Assembly (NCBI RefSeq): GCF_964194025.1
Contig: NC_134472.1
Coordinates: 67,208,001-67,272,000 of the forward strand
Source: Convolutriloba macropyga
Lineage: Eukaryota
Length of the DNA stretch: 64,000 nucleotides
Direction of reading: 5' to 3'
In this document: piece after piece, positions 1-12,173 of the stretch
Numbering within the stretch: the stretch's first letter is position 1
Layout: every line of letters starts with the position of its first letter
The notes under the pieces: model-generated
Told to the model about the DNA's origin: nothing
Database searches by the model: none
The model's input: only the letters and a program-made list of their open reading frames with translations
Position numbers and translations under genes: made by a program

Positions 1-1028
1 TCTCATTTTGGTGGAATTTCTTGTAATTTGTGAATGAACAATCCACACAGTCGCGTTTTCCATATACTAGCTAATGAATCATAAAAACTGCCTTTCAATT
101 TATGTACACAATCGGCTTTCCAAATTGAATGATAAGATGCATTCAACCAAGCTTGCTATTCTGAAGCCTCTTAAATTTCGAATCATGAAAGATTCGATTT
201 GATTTCCAATGAAATTCACAATTGAGCGTTCTTACGACAATAAATGCATATAATCATTTCAGTAGTCCTATTGTCAGTGCTTGAGCCAGCCTATTGAAGA
301 ATTCCGAGAAGCCTTTAGTCTGCAAGTAAGCAAAGGAGACTTAGGAGAGATAGGATAAATGACATCAAATGCTTGAAAAACGTCCCAATCATGAAACGAC
401 CAATCTAATAAGAAAACCACTGGACACGGGAACTTGTTTTCCTCTTGCTTTACGGCGTGTAATGACCAGATTGCCCCATTCCTAAGGAATGCATATACGA
501 GTCATCTATGTTGTTACTTGAACGAAGATTGGTTCTGCATAAACTATAAGTGCATTTTGGCGGTGTCAGGACCCAAAATACCCAATGCCACAATAACAAT
601 GTGACAATTGGGCATGCACATGATTTGCTCAATTAAATTATCACGCCAGAGCATCGAAATGAACAAAGGAAACTCGAAAAGATTGCAAAACAAACTAAAA
701 TTTCACTAATTTTCTAATATACAATTCAACGCAACGAAGTTAATCTAATCAATAGTAAAATAGTTCAAAAACTCTAGAAGACTATAAGAAATACCTCAGC
801 ATTCATGCATGAGAAGCGTATAGGTCAACATTTAAAGGCATCTAGCATTTATGCAAATTTACTGCGTGAAATTTAGTAAATTGACTATCATTAGATCTAG
901 TTTGTTCAGTTATGTTAAACTTCCATAAAATACGTCTATGAATTTCAATCGGTTTCCATATATAGACTAAAACTATCAACAGAAATCAAGATTAGGCTAT
1001 CAGGATGAGACAGAAATAAAGTTTGACG

Positions 1029-1154
1029 CTATCGCTGAGAGGACGGTCGGACATTCATCTGCATAATTGCTGCCTTGTCCACTTTGTGTCTCTCAGTAAG
1101 ATGCTTCTCGAAGATGTTGGAGGGCACTTCACAGCAGCAGATCTTGCACAAAGC
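1029..1154 (-). CDS. Last exon of the zinc-finger/IDR gene, encoding a single C2H2-like finger
   Basis: Acceptor tgtttgtag|GCT (phase 0); ALCKICCCEVPSNIFEKHLTERHKVDKAAIMQMNVRPSSQR then TAG. Confidence 0.8.
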   Translation of the reverse strand, partial: ALCKICCCEVPSNIFEKHLTERHKVDKAAIMQMNVRPSSQR

Positions 1155-2461
1155 CTACAAACACAAAACTATTCCTAAGTCATAATTGACACAGTTCAGT
1201 TAAGCTCCGATCATTTGCTCCTTTTTCAAAGCGCTTTGCGTTCATGAAAGGACCGAGTAATTACAGACAATCTTTGAAAAACATCATAACCAACAATTGG
1301 TTTGCTAGTTCTAGCCTACGAGTTGTGATAAACATAATACGACTAACGTCGGACAAATCGCTTTCGAACGACAGGCAGGGCAATTTATGAAAGCAGTTCA
1401 TGAAAAATGAAGGCAGTAGTTATGTCGCCCCGTCCCTCAGTGCACAAATCACCAATATTGACGAATCAAAACCCGACAAGTGAGATGATGATTTAAAAAA
1501 TTCACAAAGGTTATTAAAATCTCAAAACCCCCGTTGACGAGCTATATTATTAAAGCAACAATTAAATGAGTGAGGCTCATGAACAAAAATTATCGACTGA
1601 CCGCTTCCTGAAGGAAGAAAGGCTGAATAGTGTTCAATAAAACTGAAAATAGTACATTTCGAAAACTCAGTCTCTATGACAGTAAATTCTTGCATTTAAT
1701 CAAAAGAACATTATATTATGCGTTAATTTCGGGACCAAACCTCAAAATTTCTATACTGCTAAACTGACGGCCCAAAACAAACTCATGTTTCTGTCTCCAC
1801 ATCACGCCGTTTTATGTTTGACTGAAAAACGATTAACTCGCCAATATAACTCCAAAATATTTCTCAAAAACTCAATTTATACACTCAATTTAAACACGCA
1901 GTTATAAAAAACTCAATTTTACACTTCACGCAGCCAAGTGTCAAGAAATATTCATCAATAAGCAAAGAACATTGTATGTATCCAAATAATTAATCGAACT
2001 AAATGGAATTAGATGTATCTGACCCAGTAGTATTAAAAAAGAAAACAATCCACGAAGAACAATAAGCAGCAACATATAGAAACACTAATTTGGGACCAAA
2101 TGCTATCAAAAGACAGGCCGGGCAATGGAATTATGAGGGGGATGTAAATATGTCGAGGGTGCAAAAAAATTTGAAAAACGACAGGTTATATATAACCCCC
2201 CCCCCCTCCGACCTCCGGTGTAAAACACTAACTCATTAACCACTTGGCTATCAGCTCCTTGTCATTGCCCAGCTTACAATCTCTTTTGCTTTAGCAATAT
2301 AAATATGTCGAGAGTTAATTTTTGAATCCGAGCAAGTTAGGTCACGCGAAAATCAAAAAAGCATGTGAGAAAAAGTTTCTCCAAGAGTGAAATCAAAGAA
2401 TATTCTAGAATGAAATTCGTTCAAGAGCAACTTCAAAATTCGTTCTGGAGCAATTAAACAG

Positions 2462-2931
2462 CATAGCTGGCAAATTGCCAGAAAATAGCCGCAATAGCTT
2501 CGTAGATCTGCAGTCTCAAAAAGATAGTTAAAGAAAAAGAACAGAAATCTTTTTATTAAATGCTCAGAGGGCACATTTTGATTAAGAATTTATCAAACTC
2601 ACTGCTGTTTCTAAAAGCTGGTCTCAAATAGCCTTCAATTAGAGTGACAAACGCTCACTTGACCTTATCTCTTTGAATTTTAAAAAAGTCAATGTTGGAA
2701 TGAGGAAGTCATTTTTGAGAGTCAGGTAAGTCATGGAAATAAACAAAAAATCGCTCGAATAAGAGTGAAACGTCACGCACGCAATTCAGTCGAAATTGCA
2801 TGAACGAATGGACAAAAAGCAGATTTGAAGTGATTGTGACGTCATATGGTCGTAACAAAAATCTTGCCGACGAAATAGAAAAACCAGGAGAAGGCCAATA
2901 ATAGCTCCAGCTATCACTGTGCGGCTATTAA
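2462..2931 (-). mobile_element. Non-autonomous Helentron/DINE-1-like element, copy A
   Basis: Palindrome ctggcaaattgccag (2467-2481), subTIR aatagccgca (2484-2493) and its inverse tgcggctatt (2920-2929); homologous to 62505-63403 and 48281-48500. Confidence 0.65.
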
Positions 2932-3598
2932 AAAACAAACGGGAAAGTTCTCACCAGCCTGGTTTTACAAAAAAATAACTGAAATCAATTTGAGAAAATA
3001 TCTACTCGACTCCTTAGAAAATTGATAGAAAAGAGTTGTTCTAGCAGAAATAGGAAACTGCTTAAAATCCCAATTCACCAATATTAACGTAAATGCAACA
3101 ATTTCTTTTCACAAACGACTGAGAATAAAAAACCGACTTGACGGTGGACTCACAATAAATTTCAATTAGAGAACAAGTCACCTCTGACGATCATTATGTC
3201 GACAATTTAATTGTTAAACAATCACCCCCGTGGTAATACTATTGGACTTATCTGATATTTAAACTACAGCTCTCCTGTAAAGTTTCCATCTATGTTAAAA
3301 CTTTCAACAAATCTGCCACTGCTCAGAGACTGATGAAAACTATCGACCAAAGTCAATTTTCCTTTTTTTGAGAAAATTCATACAATGATTGACCATAAAC
3401 AAGTTGCAATATTAAAGAAAGACAAAACAAGTTTTTTACTTAAAAAACGTTTGATGCTCTAATGCAACGCACTGATCATCGAAGGCAAAGCATTGACCAA
3501 CTAAGTAGTGAAGAAATTACTGTAGTTATTATAGCAACAATTAGACTGATCTTCTGAAGCTAAAGAAAAAAAGTTACTTCAAGGAACAAACAAAACAA

Positions 3599-4073
3599 AG
3601 CCGGCAAATTGCCGGAAAATAGCCGCCGTTGACCCTCTTGGCGCGCATTGGGATTGAAACCTAAAAAGTGTCAAAGTGTTATTTGATGTGCCAATTGTGT
3701 ATATTCGGTTAGATTTTGAAATAACACATAATTCAGCTTTTAAACAGAAGGCAACTAAGTATAATACTAGTGCCATCTAGCAATCGCTTTAATGAACTTT
3801 GATAACCTAATGCACTATGACTTAATGACCGGGCTTTATATGTTTATCCCGTTTCTTTTGACTTTGCTCGTTTGACTTTGACCGTATTCACAACCTTACG
3901 TAATTGAATACTTGAAAGAATTAAAAATCCATTTAGTTGAAACAGTGAGTGAGGTAAGTCAGAAGTGAAAGTTGTGAATTATGTAACACGAAAAACGTGA
4001 TCAAAAGGTAAAGCGAATTAAAAAAGGAGAGCGCATAAATAATAGCCGTTGAAAGGCTGACGGCGGCTACTAA
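3599..4073 (-). mobile_element. Helentron/DINE-1-like element, copy B (different body)
   Basis: Palindrome ccggcaaattgccgg (3601-3615); subTIRs tagccgccgt (3620-3629) and acggcggcta (4060-4069); body homologous to ~30070-30565. Confidence 0.65.
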
Positions 4074-5010
4074 TAAGGACTGAAGTTGAAATGTGCATAA
4101 GGCCCTTAAAATAGACCGTGTTAGAACTCAGATCCAGTACAATGTCATTAAGCAACGTTAATTAACAATAGCAGACCTTGACCAAAAATGGCTTTACAGG
4201 ATCGTTGTGGTTCAGAAATTCATCACAATATTTTTGGGTTGGAGACAAACGGGTGACTTGAAGGCTAGATTTTATCCGCAATAAATCAACCAAATGAGGT
4301 TTCCGTTAAACCCAACCGTTCCAGAACCTATTTTGATTGCGTAAGTAATAAATATCAATAAGCCAATGAACAAACATCAAAAACTGTCTTTAAACTCAAT
4401 TTGTTTTTTAACTACTAAAGTCAATGTTTTGTTTACAATTCTTTGGCCTAGCTAAACCAAAACCCCTAATGAAACAAAACGTTTTCCACAAGAAAAATTA
4501 ACTTGTCTTTCAGTTTTTCCTTTCCAAGGAGCAGTTTTGTCCATGATATGTTACAAAAACGAAAGTTCATGGTTCAGGTAATTTTTTTATCTGAACTCAA
4601 ATACTTTCAAATCAATTTCACCTTTAAACGTTTTCACCTTTACGTTTACCTGTAAACTTTAACAAGAGATTACCTTAACTGAAATTTCCTAATCAATTAG
4701 TGTCTATGAAAGTTGGTAAAGAACTATGTGCAAACCACATTTTCTGCAAGCGATGTGTCCTTTTGTTGGCACACAGATATCACATGTTCAATATGGTTTT
4801 ATATTAGGTCCCCTACTTTTCCTATATACATTAATTACACACCAAAAACCTGTACTTCGTTGGATGCTGTTTTAGCCGATGCTACAAACCTCTGCAAGCA
4901 ATTAAAATGCACTACCGACGATACAGAAACAATTTACCGGCTCTAAATAATTGATTGAATTCCCTAATTAGATTGATTTAATATTGATTTCGTAAAATCA
5001 ATACACTAAC

Positions 5011-5282
5011 AAATGTAGCTGGTTCGTCGTCTGAATCATCTATTTGCACAATCGGTTGCTGAGGGGGTGGACTTTGATTCTGTACCACTCCTCCAGCGGG
5101 TAAATGTTGGTTTACTCGTTTGTTAATCCTCCGCTGTTGATGGCGATTTACGTTGCTCAGTCCAGTTGGATTGAACTGGGACGCCTGCATATGGTTCTGA
5201 ATCGCTGGACCGCTAGAGACAGCAGTGTCTGTTGAGAATAACAGAAGATCTTGAAGGTTATTGTCCTTTATCTGCTCTGGTG
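5011..5282 (-). CDS. Middle exon of the zinc-finger/IDR gene
   Basis: Acceptor ttttgtag|CA (phase 1); open frame APEQIKDNN...IVQIDDSDDEPATF; donor TTT|gttagt (phase 0). Confidence 0.8.
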
Positions 5283-6444
5283 CTACAAAACAGAGACACG
5301 ATTTAGCATATGCATTTTCTTAAAATGTAAGCAGCTTCATTTTGATGATATTAATATGGGCATTTTGATTTTCATGGTTTACGCAAAACATTTTCTATGA
5401 TGTTGAGTTCCGTTAAATTTTGTCACCTTTTTCATATTCAATCCCGGGTTGACCTCATAATTCAAAACGTTATAAAATTACAACTTCATATTATGGCGTC
5501 TAAGAACCCTAGTCTAGACCTGGAAATATGAAAACACCAATTAAATCCAGGTGGGGTGTACTCGAGTTCTATAAAATTGAACTTTCTTAAAACTCCTTAA
5601 AGGCGGAGAATTTAAAAACATTACAAATGATTAATTGGTTCTCAATAGCAACAAAAAAGCATATTTGTATAACTCAATATTCAATAATTATGTAATCTTT
5701 TTTAAAAAAATGTTCTATGCCTTAGCGGGTTCCGTGAACTGGAGCCACCAGATCAATCTACTGGAAGCCCAAAAATTAATAGACAAATATGGACAAAATC
5801 GCCTAAAATGTGTGATTTGGCGTCAATTTTAATGAAAAAAAGACTGAAATATCAAAAATTAGTCGCAAAAATTGTCTAAAGATTCCTAACGCATGAGTCA
5901 GCAGCCTCCTATTGGCTGTAAAATTGGTTTTGAAATAACGTTGATCAACTTTAATCAATGTCATCGAAAAGACGAAACTCGTCAGCAAACCAAAAATTAT
6001 TCCGAAATTCCCTCCATATAAAATTATCTTCTTTTGAAGTGGTTTCAAATGATCCTACTCAAATCTCTCTACGTGAAATTTCTCTGTCCGATTAGCCAAA
6101 ATTGTGGGAACAGAATAAACAGTTGAGCATATAGTTAGGTAGAAACTTCAATATCGATCTCAAAATTCGAACAATATATTCTTCGTTCGATGGAAGAATT
6201 CCGGAAACGATTTGAAGAAAACAAAAAACTTCCTCCAAAAAACTAATTACCTAATCAAACCACTCAAGAGAATTTAAGAGGGTATTTAAAGTAAATTTGT
6301 GAAAAAATAAGCTCTTTGAACTAAACTAGAAAAAAATCGTTTTTTAATATTTATCGGCATTTAAAGTTAAAGTTCTTTGAAAGCAAATAAGAGTCCCTTA
6401 CTTACCTTGTTATTATAATAAGTAACTCAGCATGTTTTATTTAC

Positions 6445-8014
6445 CTCTAGCTCTTTCAACAGGCACTCTGAACTGCTGAGACTTGATTCGTTGCCCTAGA
6501 AAGTGATTTTGCCTAGGAGGCGTGAACTGATGTGCTGGCCGCATTACAGGACTTCTTATCACATTCTGAACAGGCAGAACCTTTTGTACCAGAGGCCGCT
6601 CTTCCGAATACGCCAGATTAGAGTGGTTGTTGTTGAAATCAAGTCTGGGAGTTTTGGCTGTAGAGCGCTGGAATACTTCATTTCTCATTTCGCGTTGTGG
6701 TTGCTGGTAAACTCCGGCGTTTGTGGGTCTTTGAGGGGTATACGTTCCCAAGTGTTCCGATCGTGAGTTCATGTTTCGAGCAAAATTTAGCAAATGATGT
6801 TGTGCAACTTCGTTGCTCATCTGGACGGGTTCAACAAAATTGTGATTTTGAGGCTGCAACGCAAACTGATACCCCGGATTCACAGATAAGTCCAGTGCCT
6901 GATTTCCGCCGCTTCTGTCAGGAAAATATGGACCAGAACGGGCTTCGACGTTGGCCGACATTGTTCCATTTACAAGCTGATTGTTTTGGATAGGAAACTC
7001 CGGCTCCTGTGAGTTTACTTTTCTAGAGGAAAAATCAAAAGGTAGATGCAGTCTATTTTGCACAATAGTTGACGGCTGCTTTGCTGCTACAGGAGCTGGT
7101 GGGATCAAAGGCCCACTACGAATTAGAGGGCTACTTTGAGCCGCCACTGGAGATGAGAAATGTCGGTTAGACATGGTCACTGATGTGATCACATTTCTTT
7201 CACTTAGTGACATGTTTGAAGCGCTCACATTCGGTGCTGCGCTTAGTGTGGGCGGCGGAAAGGTCAATCCTAAAATTTTTAAGGCAGCTGCAGTATCGTT
7301 GACGTTTACCTGTTCAGGTGTAGCACTTGCTCCTGCCAAGCTTAAATCAGGAGGCGACGGAAAATGGTTGTTCAAAGTAGCTACCGAAGGCACTGGATTC
7401 GCAATAGACGCATTAACTCCTCCAGACTGGCTTGGTTCTGGGTTTGCTTGGTTCGGGATGAGCAATGTGTTGACAGGGAGGTTTCCATTTAGTTGAGGGG
7501 TTTTAGAAGTTGCACTCGTCTGAGGTTCGATGACAACGAGGTCATCCTCCTCTTCCAGTTCGGTCGGCTTCGCACGATTGCCTTCATGGTTTGGATTTTG
7601 CATTAATGGATTAGGTACCTGTGCCAATGAGCCCGAGCATGCCTCACTGATTCTGGGCAGCCCTGGTTGAGGCACCGGGACGAGTCCCTGGTTGACCGGT
7701 TCAGGATGCCGAAGACCTGGAGCCGTGATAGGTGACGGAAACTGGGTACCGAAGGTTGGCTTCCTCGGTGAGGCAATCAAAGAACTCGGGACTTCTTTTG
7801 GCGGTCCAGTCACCGGGCTTAGAGATCTGGCCTGCACAGATCTGATAAGAGGATTAACTCCTAATTGAGGAAAAGGTCGGAGTTCCTTTTGGACTTCTTT
7901 AGCTTTAAATGAGAGGCGGATCTTTCCTCGAAAATCGTTATTCATGTCAACGACTTTTAGCTCTACATTATCACATGCTGGCTCTATATCTTGCAAGCTT
8001 ATGTCCAGATTCAT
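6445..8014 (-). CDS. Large first coding exon of an uncharacterised disordered (Pro/Ser/Asn/Gln-rich) nuclear protein; model join(6445..8014, 5011..5282, 1029..1154), 655 aa
   Basis: 525-aa ORF; acceptor tttcag 11 nt before the ATG; donor AGAG|gtaaat (phase 1); phases join cleanly to the downstream exons; SIM-like EEEDDLVVIE and CtBP-type PDLS/ALDLS motifs. Confidence 0.85.
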
Positions 8015-9430
8015 TTTACCAAAGCCTGAAATTCTTCATGACAACTCACAAAACTGATCTACCAAATGAATATCAGACGTTATATCAACTTACCAAATGA
8101 GCATCAATTTACCTATATTACTTTAAAAATCCAATTCAATTATGTGCAATTTAATAACAATGCTAAAATGAAACTATTCGATCACTGTTTCGAAATTTTA
8201 ACAAATGAGACAGATAGACGTCAAATTCAGCACATACAAAGTATTCCAAGTATTTCCAGAAATTTCAAAAACACTGAGATGTACAAAAACAATAATTCGG
8301 AGCCAGTCGAAATATGAGGAAATCATTGATTTAGAAACCACGATCTTGACTAAAATGAAATCTCTGTCAAAAGATTACTTGTTTTAGAATATTGCGATAT
8401 TTTAGAAACAAGCAAAAGAATGAAAAATACACGTCTGTTTGCGGTTAGAAAACTGACACTAAAGTAGAGAAAAATTTCATTTTCAAGGATAAAAAGGGAA
8501 TTGTCAATATATGCATGGATAACTTCACAAATGATATGAACAATCCCTACTTGTCCCACTACGAACAATCTCCTGCAGCAATGCCCCCCCTGTCAAACAT
8601 TACGCCGCAAAACGTACACGATAACAAGCAAGTTTGCTTAATGTCGTCGGGGTTTTTCACGGCTCATGTTTTAACATGTTTCAACATTAGAGTTATCAGA
8701 GAACGTGGAAAACAGTGACACTAGCGAATAAAATTGTTAAATTACAGTTCAAATCCACGTGAATTTAGTTCAAATTTGAAGCAAATTTAGTTCAAACTTG
8801 AAAGAGTTTAAATCGACTGTCGAAAAGTTTAGACAAGAGCTAACTTCAGAAATTTCACCCTTCGATAGGCTTTTCTTTTCTTGGACTACTGAGGTACTAA
8901 ATACTGTACCTGATCCCTGATACTCCTTATTTTGTAAACGTCTTCCATGAGTAATGGGGCAACCGATACAATAGAGCCAGGAGAGGATAGACAAAATTAA
9001 AAAAATATTTACGATCAAAAAATGAATAATTTATATTTTATAATTGTTTTTTACTGTAACTCTTCTTTAATTATTAAAAATTTATGATGTATTTATAATA
9101 TTTAAAGAAAATTTATAAGAAAGAATTTATTTCGCTAATGCGAGGACAAATTACGAGGTCCTGAGACCTTCTGTTTCAAAATGCCCATATACACACAACG
9201 GTATTCAAACTCACACAGCAAAAAACAAATTTCACTAACTCATTATTACTGACTAAATACGAGCTTTTCAATTTGTGACAAAAATCAGATATAATTTTAG
9301 TAGAACCGTTTTCTTCAAAAGGTTGTAATAATTTCCAACTCTTTCAGTTTGTTAAACAGAATTGCAGACCTATATCTTACAGAATCTTTGTGTTTTCTTT
9401 TTGCCAGAGCTAAGACTTAAAAACCCTTCT

Positions 9431-9649
9431 CTTTGGCGTCTAGCTGCCACTTTTGATTCTTCATACTTCAGCATATCATTGCAGTACTTTTCGCTGCGTA
9501 AATTATTAACTGATTTTAGAGAAAACTTGAGAAGCCACCTCTACGAGCTTCAAGTTTTCTCTAAAATCAGTTAATAATTTACACAGCGAAAAGTACTGCA
9601 ATGATATGCTGAAATACGAAGAATCAAAAAGGGCAACTAGACGCCAAAG
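9431..9649 (-). repeat. Long palindrome: 100-bp arms, 19-nt loop
   Basis: 9431-9530 is the reverse complement of 9550-9649 with 6 mismatches. Confidence 0.95.
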
Positions 9650-9886
9650 TTCAAATACAGTGAGGATCCCAATTTGAATAAATAGAGGAATCATGCCTTT
9701 TGCGAAAATAGATGAAATAAGAAAATTTCTAGATGACATAAGAAAAAATAATTATAAACCTATAATTTAGTTATTTTTTGAAACTTGAATATTTTTTAAT
9801 ATTTTGTCTAGGGTATCGGTTCTCTAGACTAGACAATAGAAAACGTACTTATATGAATTAATAAATTATTTAAATAACTAAATGAA

Positions 9887-11367
9887 TCAATCAAAATTAT
9901 TGTCATCAAAATACTCGTTATTATTGTTATCTTCATCCTCTGACAAAAAATAAACATTTTCAAACTCCGATTCAAAACAATTTTGCTGATGATAAACTTG
10001 CACAATAATTTCTCTTGATTTATATTTTGCACCAAAATGAAACTGCAGAGAGAAAATTCCAGGAAACACTGGAAGAATGTGAATATTTTCAGTCCATTCG
10101 GAAATTTGTTCATCGCTCAACTTAGATACATTAAATTGTTGTTCAGAACTTCCAAGAACAATAGGAGCTCGTTTATACATTTCAGCATCAATCTCTTGCG
10201 CTATTCGAGCTTTAGGCTCGACGGCAATTTTGAACAGAAAATCCTGTTCACCACTAACCAATAAATTGGTTAAATTACAGTTCACCTCCAAGTGAATGAC
10301 TTGACCGGAATGACATTTGATTACCCAATCTTCAACGTCCGCGCCTGAATTGGCTCCAATCACAACCGGTATTACATAATTTAAGCAAATAAAAGATTTT
10401 GAATCATTTGTACCGCTAAATAAATGGTTTGGCAAGTAAATACTTCCTCCTTCCAAACTTTCATCATTTTTAGAGCACCAAATCAAACTAAGTTTTCCAA
10501 GAAAACAACGGAGAAAACTGTTAGATGTCGATTGTGTTTTGTTTATAGCACCAGCTTTGTTATCCTTTTGCTCCATCGTCTGAAACTGATGCGGTTCAAA
10601 TTTCTCCAACAGAAATATGGCACGCTTTAGACTTCTTGGTTTGACCTCACAAAACGAGTCTCTGACTTGAACCAAAACCTCGAACTCTGTCAGATTTCTG
10701 AATGTCAAACATAAGTTAAAGTTTTCAGGTCTGTTTGCAGGCAGAAAATTGACGCTATCTACCAGTACAGAAGGCTGGACTCTCATTTTCAAGGAAAAAA
10801 AAGGAATGGTCAGTCCATGTATGGACAACTTGACAAAAGATAAGAATTCGGAAGATTCTAACAATCCCCACTTGTCCAAATCCACTTTCGAAGCGTCCAA
10901 ACAAAAACTAACTTCACAAATTTCACCCTTAGATAGGGTTTCCTTTTCTTGAACTACTGCAAACATGTCATGGTATTTAGAAATTGTGGTCAATTCGAAT
11001 TTTTCAATATCATGCAGCGCACTAAGACATACATTAACACATTTAGTCGTTCCGTAATACAAGCTTTGCAGAATAACACTGTCTTTTGTAACAAACTCTT
11101 TCACGCCAGCATGCTCCGAAAGTTGCGAATTTACTTCGACCGAAGGTTCCAGAGATCCCGTTGCCTTCGAAGGAAACCAGAAGCATTCCAAATAAGGAAT
11201 ATTGAATGAATGCCTGGTGATGAATTTAGAATTTTTGTTGAACAAGACCTCACTCGTGTAGTTCATTTCTTTCCAGTGAACTTTGTATCCTTCAATTGAG
11301 ATGTCTCCCGGTTCTAACTGTGTTACTAAAACAGTCCAACGCTTAGTTCGTACACGATCTCTAATAT
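9887..11367 (-). CDS. TRAPPC9: Last coding exon of TRAPPC9-like (TRAPPII subunit, Trs120/NIBP)
   Basis: 459-aa ORF extends upstream in frame to acceptor aagcag|AT (11367); LEPGDISIEGYKV resembles the TRAPPC9 G-x-I-x-GY beta-sandwich motif; collinear with the upstream TRAPPC9 exons. Confidence 0.7.
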
Positions 11368-11864
11368 CTGCTTTTTAACTAATAACATATCTAAAGACAC
11401 TTAAAAAACAAGATTTGGCATCATTCAATATGAGCCAAAAAACAATATTAGCTAATTATTTGCACATAATTGATACAATATGCAGCGCCAGTGACGTTAG
11501 TAATGACAAACGATTGCTAAAGATTTGAGAAAAAAAATTATAAAAAATGAGGCTCAAACCGGATAGCGATAGATAATTGGACCTTCTCTCAGTCTAATAA
11601 TAAAAAAATATAAATTGTATTGGAGGGGAGCCTTTTATTAAGAGCTATTCTAACATGTTCGTAAACTCGGTCGTCATTTGCGGTCAAAGTAGAGAGAGCT
11701 AATTAAAGCGTCAAGCTTAATTCCTAAAAGTAACGAAAAGCTAGTAGTTTCGAAGAGTAATTTTTTTATAAAAGCTTTTAAAGTGGAGTGCGAAAATTAT
11801 GTTTGAGCAAAATTTTTTGATAATTCTTTCATGTGCGTTAGAGCATCTACTATTTTTAACATTC

Positions 11865-12173
11865 TGTATCCTGGAATTTTTCTTTCACCTATAATTGCTT
11901 TGAAAAGGTGATCCGAATTTCCTAAGTTGAATAGTTGCATTTTGGAATTTCTGAAAGGTCACCTATTTGCTTATAAGAAAAAGGTGATATTTTTCAAAAA
12001 AAGCTTCTGCTCAATTTGCTTAAAATAAGGTAAATTTTTCGAGGAAATATTGCTTATTTCATATAAACAATGAAGTGCCCTTTCAGAAATGCAAAAATGC
12101 AACTATTCAACTTTAGCAAACACTGATCACCTTTTCAAAGCAATTGTAGGCAAAAGAAAAATATCAGGATACA
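11865..12173. mobile_element. MITE-like inverted repeat in a TRAPPC9 intron
   Basis: Ends tgtatcctg...caggataca; arms of ~130 bp share aattgctttgaaaaggtgatc and aagttgaatagttgca; partial tandem copy at ~12590-13160. Confidence 0.7.

Noticed and set aside
450-632. Secreted peptide exon
   Set aside because: TTG start, and the plausible next exon stops after a few codons
6503-7496. Plus-strand ORFs overlapping the 525-aa exon (also those opposite TRAPPC9, MRPL2 and copia)
   Set aside because: Antisense shadows of real coding sequence
9362-9739. Two similar ORFs on opposite strands
   Set aside because: Artefact of the palindrome
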